Below, in pieces: positions 12,248 to 24,734 of a stretch of DNA of 64,000 nucleotides; the first letter of the stretch is position 1; every line of letters starts with the position of its first letter. Source of the stretch: Octopus vulgaris (taxonomy: Eukaryota); assembly GCA_951406725.2 (NCBI GenBank), contig OX597820.1, positions 76,942,001 to 77,006,000 on the forward strand, written 5' to 3'. Under the pieces are notes generated by a model, which saw only the letters and a program-made list of their open reading frames with translations, was not told the origin of the DNA and ran no database searches. Position numbers and translations under genes: made by a program.

Positions 12248-12545
12248 GTTTCGTTGTCCCCTTTCAATATTTGATCTATGTTTGATCCCCCTCATTCTAG
12301 TACTAAGGGAGACAAAAAATGGGCATCAGTTCAGAAATAGTAATGTAAAAATTAACTACTTGCTTTATGTGGGTGATCTGCAGATTTTTTGCGAGAATGA
12401 AAAAGAGAGATTACTTAATAGAGCCTTGTAAGACTCTCTTCAGTAAAGACAGGCACGGAATTTGGCATAGATAACTGTAAAATATTAGCCATGAGAAAAA
12501 GACAAGTAGTGAACAGAGAAGGCATCCAATAACAACTGACTGGAA
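12248..12545 (+). pseudogene. R4/Dong-clade RT core fragment, frameshifted
   Basis: SLSP..CLIPL..LRE...KINYLLYVGDLQIF...FSKD.GTEFGIDNCKIL resembles GDSLSP/INHLLYMDDLKL/FSKDIGMEFGLDKC. Confidence 0.8.
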
Positions 12546-12582
12546 GTGCTACCATCATGTACATTGCTTTGTCTTGGTATAA

Positions 12583-13005
12583 AAGATGGGCTACATAAAA
12601 TATTCTGCTCAATACCACAGATTTGTTTGACCTTAACTAGTGGAGCATGTCTCCTAGTTCAAAAGTAGTGGGGGAGCATCATAGTCATGTGTTAAGACGA
12701 ATTCTTTGGAGTCTGGATAATTCACACATGGAAATATGGGTGTTTTGCTTATCATACTGAAATAAATCATTTTAAAGGATCGTTTGCGTGGGATGAGCTA
12801 CTCGAGTGGGAGAAAAATTTAACTGGGCCCCGCCAGCAAGTTAATGCGCTATTTAGCTTGATAAAAGATAACCATGTCACGCACATATGGTTGTGAAGCA
12901 TGTGACTGGTGTACACTTATCAGACGGATAATCATGATGGGTGTATTGGGCTTCGTATATTTGTACCCCAGTGGCACTTTGATGGCATTCCCTGCTTACT
13001 CAATC
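12583..13005 (+). mobile_element. ~430-bp non-coding repeat family Y, older copy, ending in (AAT)n
   Basis: Aligns along its length to 13143-13590. A partial third copy lies at 12160-12246. Confidence 0.85.
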
Positions 13006-13062
13006 AATAATAGTAATAATAATAATAATAACAATAGTTATAACAACAACAACAACAACAAC

Positions 13063-13129
<67 letters not shown>

Positions 13130-13142
13130 TAATAATAATAAT

Positions 13143-13590
13143 AAGATGGGCTACAGCAAATATTCTGTTCAATAACACAGATTTGCTTGTCAGTTGTTTG
13201 ACCTTAAACAGTTGAGCATGTCCCTTAGTGGCTCACAATATGTGCATCTCTGATCTCGAGCAGAAGTAGTGGGAAAGCATCATAGCCATGTGTTGAGAGG
13301 GATTCTTTGGGGTTTGAATAATTCTCCTCTGGAAACGTGGATATTTCGTTCTACATGCTTAAACAACCCTTATTCAGGGACCTTTTGATCGGGTAGTGTT
13401 ACTGGACCAGAAGAAAATTCTAACTGGGCCGCATCTGCAAGGTCATGTGCTGTTTAACTTGATATGAGATCACCATGTCGCGCACATGTGTCTGGTGTAC
13501 CCTTATCAGACGGGTAGTCATGATGGGTATATTGGGCTTCGTATATTTTACCCCAGTGTCACTTTGATGCCATGAACTGCTCTCTCACTC
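13143..13590 (+). mobile_element. ~450-bp non-coding repeat family Y flanked on both sides by (AAT)n
   Basis: agatgggctacagcaaat...ctctcactc followed by aataataat, and preceded by (AAT)n. Confidence 0.85.
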
Positions 13591-13600
13591 AATAATAATA

Positions 13601-13637
<37 letters not shown>

Positions 13638-13778
13638 TGATGATGATGAAGAAGAAGATTACGGTGATTATTACAATGGTGGGTACGGTTTCTTTATTAG
13701 CCTCTACGTGTTAATCTAAACAAAGTCATTCAATGTAAACAACTCACAATAACTATAACGTTGTCATTTATTGAGAAC

Positions 13779-13856
13779 AGAGAACTATCTCTACGAAGAT
13801 AGTTCTCTGAGAACTATCTCTACGAAGATAGTTCTCTGAGAACTATCTCTACGAAG
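13779..13856. repeat. 29-bp tandem repeat (~2.6 units) whose unit is a hairpin
   Basis: Unit gagaactatct-ctacga-agatagttctc-t. Confidence 0.95.
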
Positions 13857-13940
13857 TTGTTTGATGGCAAGGTCTTTCCTATCCAGACACCAAGCCGTTA
13901 TCGATCGAAACAATATTATTCTATGTTATTCTATTCTAAA

Positions 13941-14171
13941 GGCGGCGAGCTGGCAGAAACGTTAGCACACCGGGCGAAATGCTTAGCGGTATTGCGTCTG
14001 TCGTTGCGTTCTGAGTTCAAATTCCGCCGAGGTCGACTTTGCCTTTCATCCTTTCGGGGTCGATAAATTAAGTACCAGTTACGCACTGGGGTCGATGTAA
14101 TCGACTTAATCCGTTTGTCTCTCTTTGTTTGTCCCCTCTATGTTTAGCCCCTTGTGGGCAATAAAGAAACA
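13941..14171 (+). mobile_element. Full-length SINE family A (tail type 1)
   Basis: ggcggcgagctggcagaaacgttag head, B-box gagttcaaattcc and tail tttagccccttgtggg.aataaagaaa. 15-bp TSD aatattattctatgt at 13912-13926 and 14172-14186. Confidence 0.93.
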
Positions 14172-15074
14172 AATATTATTCTATGTACAAAACTGATCCA
14201 GTTTCAAAATGTCTCCAAGCGAAATTGAAAAATCTCTCCGTTGAAATCTCTCGTCGCATTTTCTGTTTCTGTACAAGAGTTTCGGGAAACAGGGCTTTGG
14301 TCAATTATGCATGTAAATTATGTTTTACCATTATATGTGGGGCTAAATGACCTGCTTCTCTATAGATTGAAAAGAAAAAATGATGAACGATATTATTCCG
14401 TTTTTGGATCTTAGTGAATTCTCATCAGAGGCCTCTATGCGAGTTTGAGAAATCCCGCAGAGACGAGTAGCCAATCTGTCTATAGACTCAACAATTGGAG
14501 TAATTACAGAAAACTGGAGCTACTAATGTGCGTTCTGTGTTATCACTTTTTACCTTAGATGTCAGTGACCTGCCAACGGGGAACTTAGTACGTTTCATAC
14601 ATTTTATGTACTGTATTGTACTAAGGGTTGTCACGTATTAAAATTTCCTTAATTGATGATAATAAAATTAAAACATTGTTATTTTCAATGAATTGCATTT
14701 GCTCCTGAAAATTCCATTTGCTCTCATGTATATTTAAATCAATGCATTATATTTTACATGGATTACATTTAAGTTTTTGTGTTTTGGTGAGTGACTAAGA
14801 CTACATTACCTCATCCGTCATTTTCAAATCATTTTGAGATCGGATGAAAAGAGTATTTGTTTTACGAAGAAAAAAAAATATTTTCATCCAACAGGTAACT
14901 TGCCAGTAATAGAAAGCTAATATTTCTTTGAGATTATGCAGCACCAAAACCCCACCCACCCCACTCCTTATATAATCTGTTCAGCATAGCATGTAATCAT
15001 GTAATGCAATGAAGTTTTTTTTGAGATCACGCGAACGACCGAAAGCACAGCTTCCACTAGCTGAACAAATACTG

Positions 15075-15107
15075 ACAATAGCAATAATGATGATGATGAT
15101 GATGATG

Positions 15108-15168
<61 letters not shown>

Positions 15169-15470
15169 TAATAACAATAACTGCAACAATAACACCAACA
15201 AAACAAGAAACAACAACAGTAATAATAAATATATAACAATAATAACAAAAACAACAGGAGAAGTAGTAACAATGACGATAACAACAGCAACAACAACAGC
15301 TATAGAGCAATGATGTTGATGTTGATGATGATGCTGATGAGGGGAGGAGGGGGCTATTATTAATAATAATAATGATAATGATGATGATGATGATGATCAT
15401 CATCATCATCAGCATCATCATCATTCCTCTCATCATCATCATCATCATCATCATAATCATCATCCTCATG
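15075..15470. repeat. Compound trinucleotide microsatellites (ATG/AAT/AAC/ATC)
   Basis: Seen directly. Confidence 0.95.
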
Positions 15471-16127
15471 ACACAATCTAAGCTGAACTACTGAAAATGC
15501 ACTTCGTTGCACAGCATTCAGAATAAATTGTGTTGAACGTTATTTCAGATTTTGAAAATATAGTTTCGGGACAAATATATTATTTATAAAAAAACTACTT
15601 CGGCATCAGCATCGATGCGCATTACTTCACATTGCTAGAAAAATAAACCTGATGTTGGAACCACGTTATTATTTTGAAAGATACCCCATACAAATTCCTC
15701 GTCAGGAACATGTTGTCGCGCATCGTTTCCTTCATGAATTTACCCTCCAGAACATCCATTTAAACCCGTTTTCCACATGTCACGAAAACTAGAAATAAAG
15801 GAAGACATGATGAATACATGGTTATGCGTTTGCCGAGAGGTTTTCCTCGCATGCAAGTAGATGAAATACTAAATAGCTTGTTACAGAGAAAGATCACCTG
15901 TCTATTTATGTATCTATCTATTTATCGATTTCTGTTGTTAAAGAGATCAATATCTATCCTTCAAGCCATCTTGTCAGCAATCAACCTAGTTGCCTAAATG
16001 TGCACCTACCTGTCTACATACTCACACAAGCACACATACCTACATATATATGTGTGGGTGGGTGTGTTTGCGCGTGTATATATGTAATAGTAATGCATAT
16101 GTGCCTATGAATCTTACCACAAACAGT

Positions 16128-16216
16128 GAACCCTGATGAAGGAATTATTATTTGATGGAGCTGAATATGGACTGTTCCTACAGCCCCTTAATATTTTCTG
16201 AAACGACCGTTGGTTC
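16128..16216 (+). ncRNA. Type I hammerhead ribozyme motif with intact core
   Basis: gaacc-CTGATGA-a-[helix II ggaattatta...taatattttct, with inner ggagctg/cagcccc]-GAAA-c-gacc-g-TT-ggttc. Helix I gaacc/ggttc is perfect and the cleavage triplet is GUU (16209-16211). Confidence 0.78.
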
Positions 16217-16782
16217 TCCTTGACTTTCACTTATCATGATTTTTAATTGACATCTCGTATTACGGAACTCTATTTATTCTCCCTCGAATGCATGTATCTA
16301 CACAGGCATGCACGGTTTTCATATTATGGATTAGTTCACTTACATTTCATATCGTATTATTTTTTTTATATATTTTAATGTTTTAATTTTTTAATTATTA
16401 TTTGAATTTGCAATATAAACATGTATGCCATCCAAGTATTATAAATCACTGTAAGCACGATTTCATTTCCGGATTTAAAGTATTGACAACTGAAAATTTT
16501 AGCTTCTACAAAACAACTTTTATTACTCCAGGTGTTTCACGCTGACTACTTGATAAATTCTTATACAGATTTGATCCTATTTTTAAATTGCAAATTTAAC
16601 CGGAGTATATTCAGTACTGAATTTTTATTCCGAATAAGCACGTTGTTACCGAAGTGCAATTCGAAAAACCCCGCCATTTACATAGATGTATAAGCGGTGA
16701 ACATTTCTATGTTCTACGTTGGATACGATGGTTGTTCGTCTGGTATGTTGATTTTGTTCAATCATTATAAATCTTGAATTAT

Positions 16783-16843
16783 GCTTGCACTGATGAGTAA
16801 AGAGTGCACCACTGCACTGATTATGAAATCAGTGATCTCCAGC
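16783..16843 (+). ncRNA. Type I hammerhead ribozyme motif, intact core, weakened helix I
   Basis: CTGATGA(16790)-gtaa.agagtgca-ccac-tgcact.ga.ttat-GAAA(16825)-tca-g-tga-TC-tccagc. Helices II and III pair and the triplet is AUC. Confidence 0.7.
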
Positions 16844-16966
16844 TAAATTCTGTTTTTAAATAACGTGCTTCGAGAGTTACACTCGGTACGATGTGTCTAT
16901 TTATTTTAGTAGTTTTGACTTTAAGAGTCCTTCTTGGCGTTTGGCACTTATGCGTAGTAATGCCTT

Positions 16967-17018
<52 letters not shown>

Positions 17019-17040
17019 GTATATCTATGTGTGTGTGTAT

Positions 17041-17101
<61 letters not shown>

Positions 17102-17165
17102 CATGCACACATATATATATATTATAAATTATGTCAGTACGTAGATATGATGTATGTATATAATG

Positions 17166-17203
<38 letters not shown>

Positions 17204-18199
17204 TATATATATACATATGTATATATACAAAGAGCGAGAGAGACAGAACCAATATAAGGATATTCGACGTTGTAATAGCTAAATCATGACGGGAAAGATA
17301 AAAGGCATGTGCAGTTCCCTAACTGAATGTAACGCTTGTTAGACTGCAACATTTCCGATTGCACTACAGAGAGACCGTTGATCTTTCTCCTCAAATCATT
17401 TGTCAGGAGCATCTATTAATATACTAACATTAATATCTGAGTAATAAAATTTCCTCTTTGAGAATAATATTAAGTAGCCATAGAAAAATGGTATATTCAT
17501 AATATGTACTAATATATCATAGTAGAAGAATATGTAACCTCCAGACTAATTGAAATACCGACATTCGAATTATAACGGTGCGTAGAATTACTTTGCAAAG
17601 GTGTTGGCTTTTATTTTTGTCTGTAAAAGTTCGCTCGACGTATATTGAGAATGCAATTTAGAAAATAAAACTCACATTAAGCAACGAAGATTTTATTTTC
17701 ACAGTGTGAGGTATGTAAAAATGAGCAGATGTGTATGTGACGAGGTTTAGTTCTCTTTGAAAATCAATTATGTACATTTTTGAGTACAATTGTTTAAGAA
17801 ATAATCCATTAAAGTCGAAATGTCATATATTCGTCTTGCTTTATTCCAAATATAACATTAACTTTCACTATGTTTTGTACCTATAGCAACTAAATTGAAT
17901 ATCATGGCGACAAGCTGTACAAAGTCTTTTAAGTACAATACATTATAATACACATTAAGTGAGCTAATAAATGTACTGAGTATGATCTCCATTTAAGTGG
18001 TTTATCCTTATATTCTCTAAGAGGAAATGAAACTACTTATAATGTATTTAGCTGCGCAATGGTTCATGAAAAAAATATATATTCTAAATTTGCTTTCTGT
18101 TCGTTTCTTTCACTTATAGAACCTCAAACAATTTGATTTTCCACTTTTATATAATTTTCAAAAGTTAACATAGGAACACATCTTGTCTACCTACACACC

Positions 18200-18285
18200 C
18201 TTGCCCTGATGTGAATTATATATTAGGGAATTAAATTGTTTATATATCAAAATATGTATATAAATCGAAACAATTTGTTGACTTT
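18200..18285 (+). ncRNA. Degenerate type I hammerhead-like motif
   Basis: CTGATGt-gaattata...tataaatc-GAAA-caa-t-ttg-TT. One core mismatch and poor helix I. Confidence 0.4.
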
Positions 18286-18445
18286 TTTGGTTGTTTAAAT
18301 AATTGTTTGTTATATCACATTCATAGTATATTATGTTATATTACAATATAAATAAATCATTGAATTGTCAATTGTATCTCTCTAATAAATTCTATAGATT
18401 TTATGTATATGTATATATGTGTGTATGTGTGCGTGTGTGTATATT

Positions 18446-20750
18446 CTGTTGTGTCTGGGGAGAGTCGTTCTATTTTAGTGCCTTATATTTTAACACACTC
18501 ACTGGTAAGATTTCAACTTATTTCTTTTTTTATTTTTCTAAAATTTTTATAAAAGATGCGGATGTCAAGTTGACCCAGGTTGCCTCCATGTTGGTCGTTT
18601 GCATGTTGGTAGAGAATGGATGACTCTTTTTCGTCTGTCGTCATATTGTCTCAAATGGTCATTTAGTCGTTCCGCAATGCTCCTAGATGTCTCCCCTATG
18701 TGTGTAATGTTCATGTCTTTAGAAAGACCTTCTATGCATCTTATACTGTAAACTACATTTCGAGTTCTACAAATAATGTCAGGGTTAAACCTACATGTTA
18801 CGAAGTTATTATTAGCGCATATGGTATTCTCAAAGTTGTGAATACATAGTTGTCCTACATAGTTGTAATCTGATGGAGTTTCCTGGTTTTTCAACAATCA
18901 TAATTTTGCGTCTGGTCTTTACGGGTTAGTTTCTCCGTGGGCTGTGGCCTCTACAAACATTACATCTTGATATTTATCGATTTTATACCACGTGTTTGCT
19001 TTGTTTGTTTTGTCACAAGTTCTTTGTATCCTATTCCAGTTTTGTTTCTATATCTAGGGCAAGTACTACTGCTATCATTACGTATAATGTTGTCTAAATT
19101 CTTACTAGCACCCCTGTATACTCCATTCCTATTTTTCTGATCATATCCAGAGAACTGCATGCGGTGCATGATGTTCTCTATATGGTTTCTCATTTCACAG
19201 GTTTCGCATAGTGGGGATAGGTTCTGCATTATCCTAACTAAATCTGCTCTCAGTATATTAATTTTCGTGTAGTGTGATAATGCTGAGTTCTAGTGAAAAA
19301 CATATTTTGAAGCTATAGGTTTCATGTAATAGGAGGGAAGGAGCTGCACTCTATTGTTCACAATCTCTAACCAAAGTCCAGTATCAAGCACGGGGAGTCT
19401 ATTTTGGGGGTACTTAGTTGGGTAATGTATAGTGACCTAGATACTTTGGTGGATGTAGTTAGCTACATGCTGGATGCTCTCCATTATGTTTCTCTCAGTT
19501 TCTATACTGCCGTAACTAGAGTCGGTGCTAACTATGATATTAATGTCATCTACATATCTACTGTAGAGTAGAAGAGTTGTCAACTGTTCTGTTAATATTT
19601 GCTTAAGTTTTCTGTCCCACCAGGTGATGAAGAGGCCAGTCATATCTCCAGCTACACCGACACCGATAGCTGTACCTTGAACCGGCATGTATATATATTT
19701 TTTTTTTTATTAAACTTTACTATGTGGGTCTTCAATGTGGTTTTTACACTGGCCCCTATTGCATGTGCAATCATTTCTTTCACCTGATTGTCGTTCTCAG
19801 CGTTTGAGGCGGGAGCGTTCGAGCCACTCCAGCCCTCTGTGGTGCTCTTTTTCACTGCTGAAATGATGGTGTGTGGTATTCCCCTCTGTGACCTGGTGGG
19901 GCAGAATCTACTGAGGTCATGGTCATCTAAATAGTCACTGTTGTAGCTTAGTCTGAGGTGGAGGCCCAGTTCCCTCGTGTTGACATTACATATCTCCACT
20001 TCACTCTCACAGATTACCTGAATGCATTCATCTTCAGCAAAATCTATGTCTATAAATGGGTAGATGGAAATCACATTCATACTACCCAATACACAACCTG
20101 TGAGGTCGTGGGAGTGGTTGCAAGTACTAATTTTAATAAAGAGATCTTCCGTACTCACACAGACATCTTGAGACATCGCTATGAGAGGTTGTAATACCTG
20201 TGAGAGGAAGTAGGACAGCCTATAGTTGCTGGAGATATTCATTCTGCAAACTGGTCTGGCTGGAGGCCCCATGACAGGGTTTATGTAGGGTTTGTGGTCT
20301 TTCCGTAACCAGTATAGTGTAGGAACATTATTGTTGGATGCTTGTAAATTGCGTGCCGTCTTTTTCATAGGTTAGAGTATGTTGCACCACATTTCCAGGT
20401 GTGCCTTAAGGAGTTTTTCCACTCTTTCATGTTCCTGTGGTGCAACTTCTCTCATGCTACTGATGTGTTGTTGCATGGTCTGGATATAGTTCTGTGGACT
20501 ATATATTAAAAGTATGCCAGAATTGTCCGTAGGGAGGCACAATAATACTCTGTTCCTAATTCGCTGTATTAGTTTTTGTAGGTCCCCTCCCCACAATGAT
20601 TTTTAGCGGATTTGTTGTATCGGTCTAAGATATGTCGGGGTCTAATTCTAGCTACGGAGATATTTGCTTCTGTTTCGCTGTCAATTTGGAGTGGTATACA
20701 CATTCTTTTGTTAAAGGGTAAGTCTGTAGGGTCAAATGCAATACGAAATA
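18446..20750 (-). mobile_element. Penelope-like retroelement (Naiad-type) copy 2, decayed
   Basis: ORF pieces PTLYWLRKDHK..PPARPVC, QGTAIGVGVAGDMTGLFITWWDRKL..YSRYVDDINII, RMQFSGY and CRTRNVVYSIRCIE..HIGETSRSIAERLNDH. A partial pLTR at 18446-18550 is joined directly to the GIY-YIG end. Confidence 0.9.
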
Positions 20751-20813
20751 TATATGTATATATATACCAGAGTAAGCACAAAAATGCGAAGCAAGGTGGA
20801 AAAAATTGTGCTT

Positions 20814-20920
20814 TATTGAAAAGCAGCAAAAATATCACCAAAACTCAGAGTTTCACGGATCTAAACGGGAACGTGAAACTCTGAGTAAAAGTTTTTGTGA
20901 TTTTTTGCTGCTTTTTAATA
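20814..20920. repeat. Inverted repeat (~44-49-bp arms, 14-nt loop) built from the 3' half of a hammerhead motif
   Basis: tattgaaaagcagcaaaaatatcaccaaaactcagagtttcacg / cgtGAAActctgagTAaaagtttttgtgattttttgctgctttttaata. Confidence 0.88.
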
Positions 20921-21242
20921 TATATACGTATGTATATATATATAATTGTTTTATATTTTGTAAATATATTCGTATTATTTTTTGTTTTTTTGTTTTTATA
21001 TTCGTGTAATATCGTCCGTTTTTCTGTCCTTGTTTCGTAAACATTCGATCCTTTTCCCAAGGAATCTAATGCTCTTAGCTTAGTTTTTCCTTAGGGCTGG
21101 CCAGATTTGAGCAATCTCAAGAGTAATCCGCCGAAATTGCGAGGATGATCCGGTTCTTGATTGAAGATTAAAGGCTTCGAATGACCTGTCTGTGTTTTTT
21201 TGCATCGTCTATTTGGATGTTTTGCGTTCTTGTCCCATTTTG

Positions 21243-21274
<32 letters not shown>

Positions 21275-21334
21275 TAACTCAGAAATATATGCCAGCAATT
21301 TAGATGGGGATCTAAATCGATCATATTTACAACA

Positions 21335-21480
21335 GATTTGGGCCAGTATTTATTTTATCGGTCTCCAATTGATGAAAGGCTAAGTTGACTGCTTCGGAAT
21401 TTGAAATCAGAACGTAAATACGAACGAAATGCTGCTAATGATTCTGCTAGTGTGTAGCTAAAGACTCTGCCAGCTCGCCA
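21335..21480 (-). mobile_element. Degenerate SINE family A
   Basis: gatgaaaggc...cggaatttgaaatcagaacgtaa...ctgccagctcgcc. Confidence 0.8.
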
Positions 21481-22424
21481 TTTTTAATAAAACATTAATG
21501 TAGCTACAATCGTTATTTCGGGAAGCGTCTGTGAATTTTGTACGAGATATAGCAATCATGGATCAGAGTTGAATTAGAATATTGTTATTTGTATTGTTCT
21601 TTTGTACCAGACAAGCCAACCTTTGTTTAGGTGACTTACTGTCAATAAGACTGAAATGTTAGCCATCCTGTCTATTAGAATGTAACCAGTGCCTAAGCTT
21701 GCATTATGGGTGTTTCACTATTTCTAAGATAGAAATGCCTCTTCTGTAGAAAACTTGTTTGCAATTTTCTTGCAGGTCAGCACAGGATGGTGTAAAGGTT
21801 CATTAATTTAGAGAACATAGCACTTCTCTGTTGACACAGAACCCGCTAGGCTTATCAGAGAAATATCCCCTAAATCTAGACACTACCGTATTAAAGGGAA
21901 AATAGTACATAGATAATTGCAGCTATTAAAAAATAAATCGAAGTCCAACAAACTGTGACCAAGCCAAGACTTGGTTTATCAGGTATTTATATGTTTTTTT
22001 TTTGGTAAAATCTTATGGGGAAATTTGATGCAGATTTAATTACTATTTTTAGCAGATCAAGCAAGCCTCTATACAAAGATTTCTGCTTCGGTTTGAAAAG
22101 GTAAATATACTTAGTAATTATTAACTTCGTCTTGTTTCCGTTGAAAGATTCAGAGACGAATTAAACGTGACAGAAACCGGCCAAGATAACGAAAACGCAA
22201 TATCTCATACGAGTCATTCGTTCAATTAATGTTCCTCTTTGTATTCCTCAGTGGAAAAAAAGAAAGAAATTGGCGAATTATAAAATGCAATTTATTTTAT
22301 CTACATCGACGTGCAGGGAGGTGACAGAAACCAGAACATATCAACGAAAACACCCTGCTGACGCACAAAAGGAAGACCAAACTAGGCCAGGTTGTCTGAG
22401 ATACAATTTCTATATTAATATTGG

Positions 22425-23168
22425 TTTCGAATTTTGACACAAGGCCAACATTCCCGTAGGTGGAAGTGAGTTGATTACATCAACAATTGTAGCTGAATGA
22501 TACTTATTTTCTCGACCCCGAAAGCAGGAACGGTAAAGACATCCTCGATGATATTTGAACTCAAAGCGTAAATACTGCCACCGTACAATTTTTACTATTT
22601 GTTTTAAATTTTGGCAGAAGGACAGCTATTTCAGGGGAGAGGTTATTTCGATTAAACCGACCCCAGTAAGGTACTGGTACATATTTTATCGACTCAGAAA
22701 CGATGAAAGGCAGGTTGCGGGTTGGAAATGAGTCGTGACAAAGATAAATAAAGAGAAGTTACGTAAATAAATTCTAGTCGATTACATCGACCCCAGTGTT
22801 CAACTAATATTTATTTTATCGACCCCGAAAGGATAAAAGGCAAAGTCGACCTCGGCGGAATTTGAACTCAGAACGTAAATACGGATGGAATCGCTGCTAA
22901 GCTTTTAATCCGGAGTGCTAACGATTCTGCTATCTCGTTGCCCGAATTATAATATCATGAAGTGAAATAAGGCGGCGAGTTGGCAAGAGTGTTACCATAA
23001 CAAGCAAAATGCTCAGTGGGTTTTGTCCTTCTTTAAGTCCTGAGTTCAAATTCCACCGAAGTGGATTTCGCATTTTATCCTTTCTGGATCAATAAAATAA
23101 GTACTTGTGTCGATGTAATCGACGTATCCACTGCCTTGGGATTGCTGGTCTTGTGCCAAAATTTGAAA
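22425..23168. mobile_element. Cluster of four SINE family A copies: 22425-22580 (-), 22605-22712 (-), 22776-22942 (-), 22971-23168 (+)
   Basis: Repeated gattacatcgacccc/tcgaccccgaaag/gaatttgaactc motifs. Several copies carry tail type 2 (ccttgtgccaaaatttgaaacc). Confidence 0.82.
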
Positions 23169-23367
23169 CCAGACGTCATAAAGTTTAATAGAACCAATAA
23201 AAACATGTATGTTTGTCCGTCTGTAGCGGCTGTGGGTAACATTATCTGAGATCCCAACAGGATCAGTGACTTTCCCAATATGTATAATATCCCAACGTGA
23301 TGAATAACTTCTTTTGAAATGCGTGTAGAGCAGAACATAATCTTGTTTCTTTATACTTTTCGTTGTT

Positions 23368-24165
23368 ATTGTTTTATTGCTGTTTATTCCCACTTGCATC
23401 TACGATCTGAGTTTAAATTCCGCCGACGTCGACTTTGCCTTTCATCTTCTCGGGGTCGATAAATAAAGTACCAGTTATGCAGTGGGGTCGATGTAATCGA
23501 CCTATTCGCTTTGTATGTCCTTGTTTGTCCCCTCTATGTTTAGCCCCTTGTGGGCAGTAAAGAAATATATTCCCACTTGAATGACCGAAGTGCTACCAAC
23601 TATTAATCACACGGTGTTGTTTCATATTTACGACAATATTATCCAACATGACCTCCGTATTTTTAAAAGAGGTAAGCGGTAATTTGATGGAAATGGTTAA
23701 TGTTTCCAGGACGTCAACAGATTAAGTAGAATCTGCTACGTTCGCTTTTCTTTCCACGGACGATAAATTGTTTTATTGCTGTTTATTCCCACTTGCATAT
23801 ACGATCTGAGTTCAAATTCCGCCGACGTCGACTTTGCCTTTCATCCTCTCGGGGTCGATAAATAAAGTACCTGTTATGCACTGGAGTCGACGTAATCGAC
23901 CTATTCCCTTTGTATGTCCTTGTTTGTCCCTCTATGTTTAGCCCCTTGTGGGCAGTAAATAAATATATTCCCACTTGAATGACCGAAGTGCTACCAACTA
24001 TTAATCACACGGTGTTGTTACATATTTACGACTATATTATCCAATATGACCTCCGTATTTTAAAAGAGGTAAGCGGTAATTTGATGGAAATGGTTAATGT
24101 TTCCAGGACGTCAACAGATTAAGTAGAATCTGCTACGTTCGCTTTTCTTTCCACGGACGATAAAT
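23368..24165 (+). repeat. ~399-bp tandem duplication, each unit containing a 5'-truncated SINE A with TSD tattcccacttg
   Basis: Units ~23368-23766 and ~23767-24165 are nearly identical. Confidence 0.95.
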
Positions 24166-24734
24166 CATGCGCCAGCTTTAATATTATAGTTCAATTGAAT
24201 TGATATTATCCCTGTGAACAAATTTGTGGCCTTGAGACAATGTGAAAAATAGTGAATATGACAAACCATGAAATAACAAAAAGTCCATTAACTAACAGTC
24301 TAAACTTCATTTCATATTCCCAGGAAACCTGGATTAAATATTCGTAAAGTGGAATTTTCTATTGTTTACAATTTTGGGGATTGATACCGTTCATTACCGC
24401 TGAACCGACTCTGATGAAGCAAAAGAGGAATCAAAAATATTTCAGCGTTAGCTATATGGATTTTCAAATCAGTTTTGTTATTCTATGCTAATTTTTTTAA
24501 GGTGGTGTGGTGTGCTTTCGAGATTTCGTTGCTATGTCTATAGTAGTTATTGTTGTTGCTAAAATTGACGATTAGTCTAATACCTAATATTTTTATTTTA
24601 GTCTTACCAAAACTGATACCAATTACTCAAAAATGCCCGCCTACAATCTGCTGGTTTTCTTCTAATTACGTAAGTTCTGTACCATCCCGTACATGCAGTA
24701 TATTCAAGTATGATAAATAAATAAATATGTATAT

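Noticed and set aside
13779-13856. CRISPR-like palindromic 29-bp repeats
   Set aside because: No spacers, no cas genes, and a eukaryotic context.
13941-14030. tRNA gene
   Set aside because: The A/B boxes belong to a multi-copy SINE head with a TSD, and there is no clean cloverleaf.
22205-22255. Minus-strand CTGAGGA...GAA-cga..tcg-TA hammerhead-like motif
   Set aside because: GAAA is incomplete and helices I and II are too weak.
24411-24460. CTGATGA box
   Set aside because: No paired helix II or GAAA follows.
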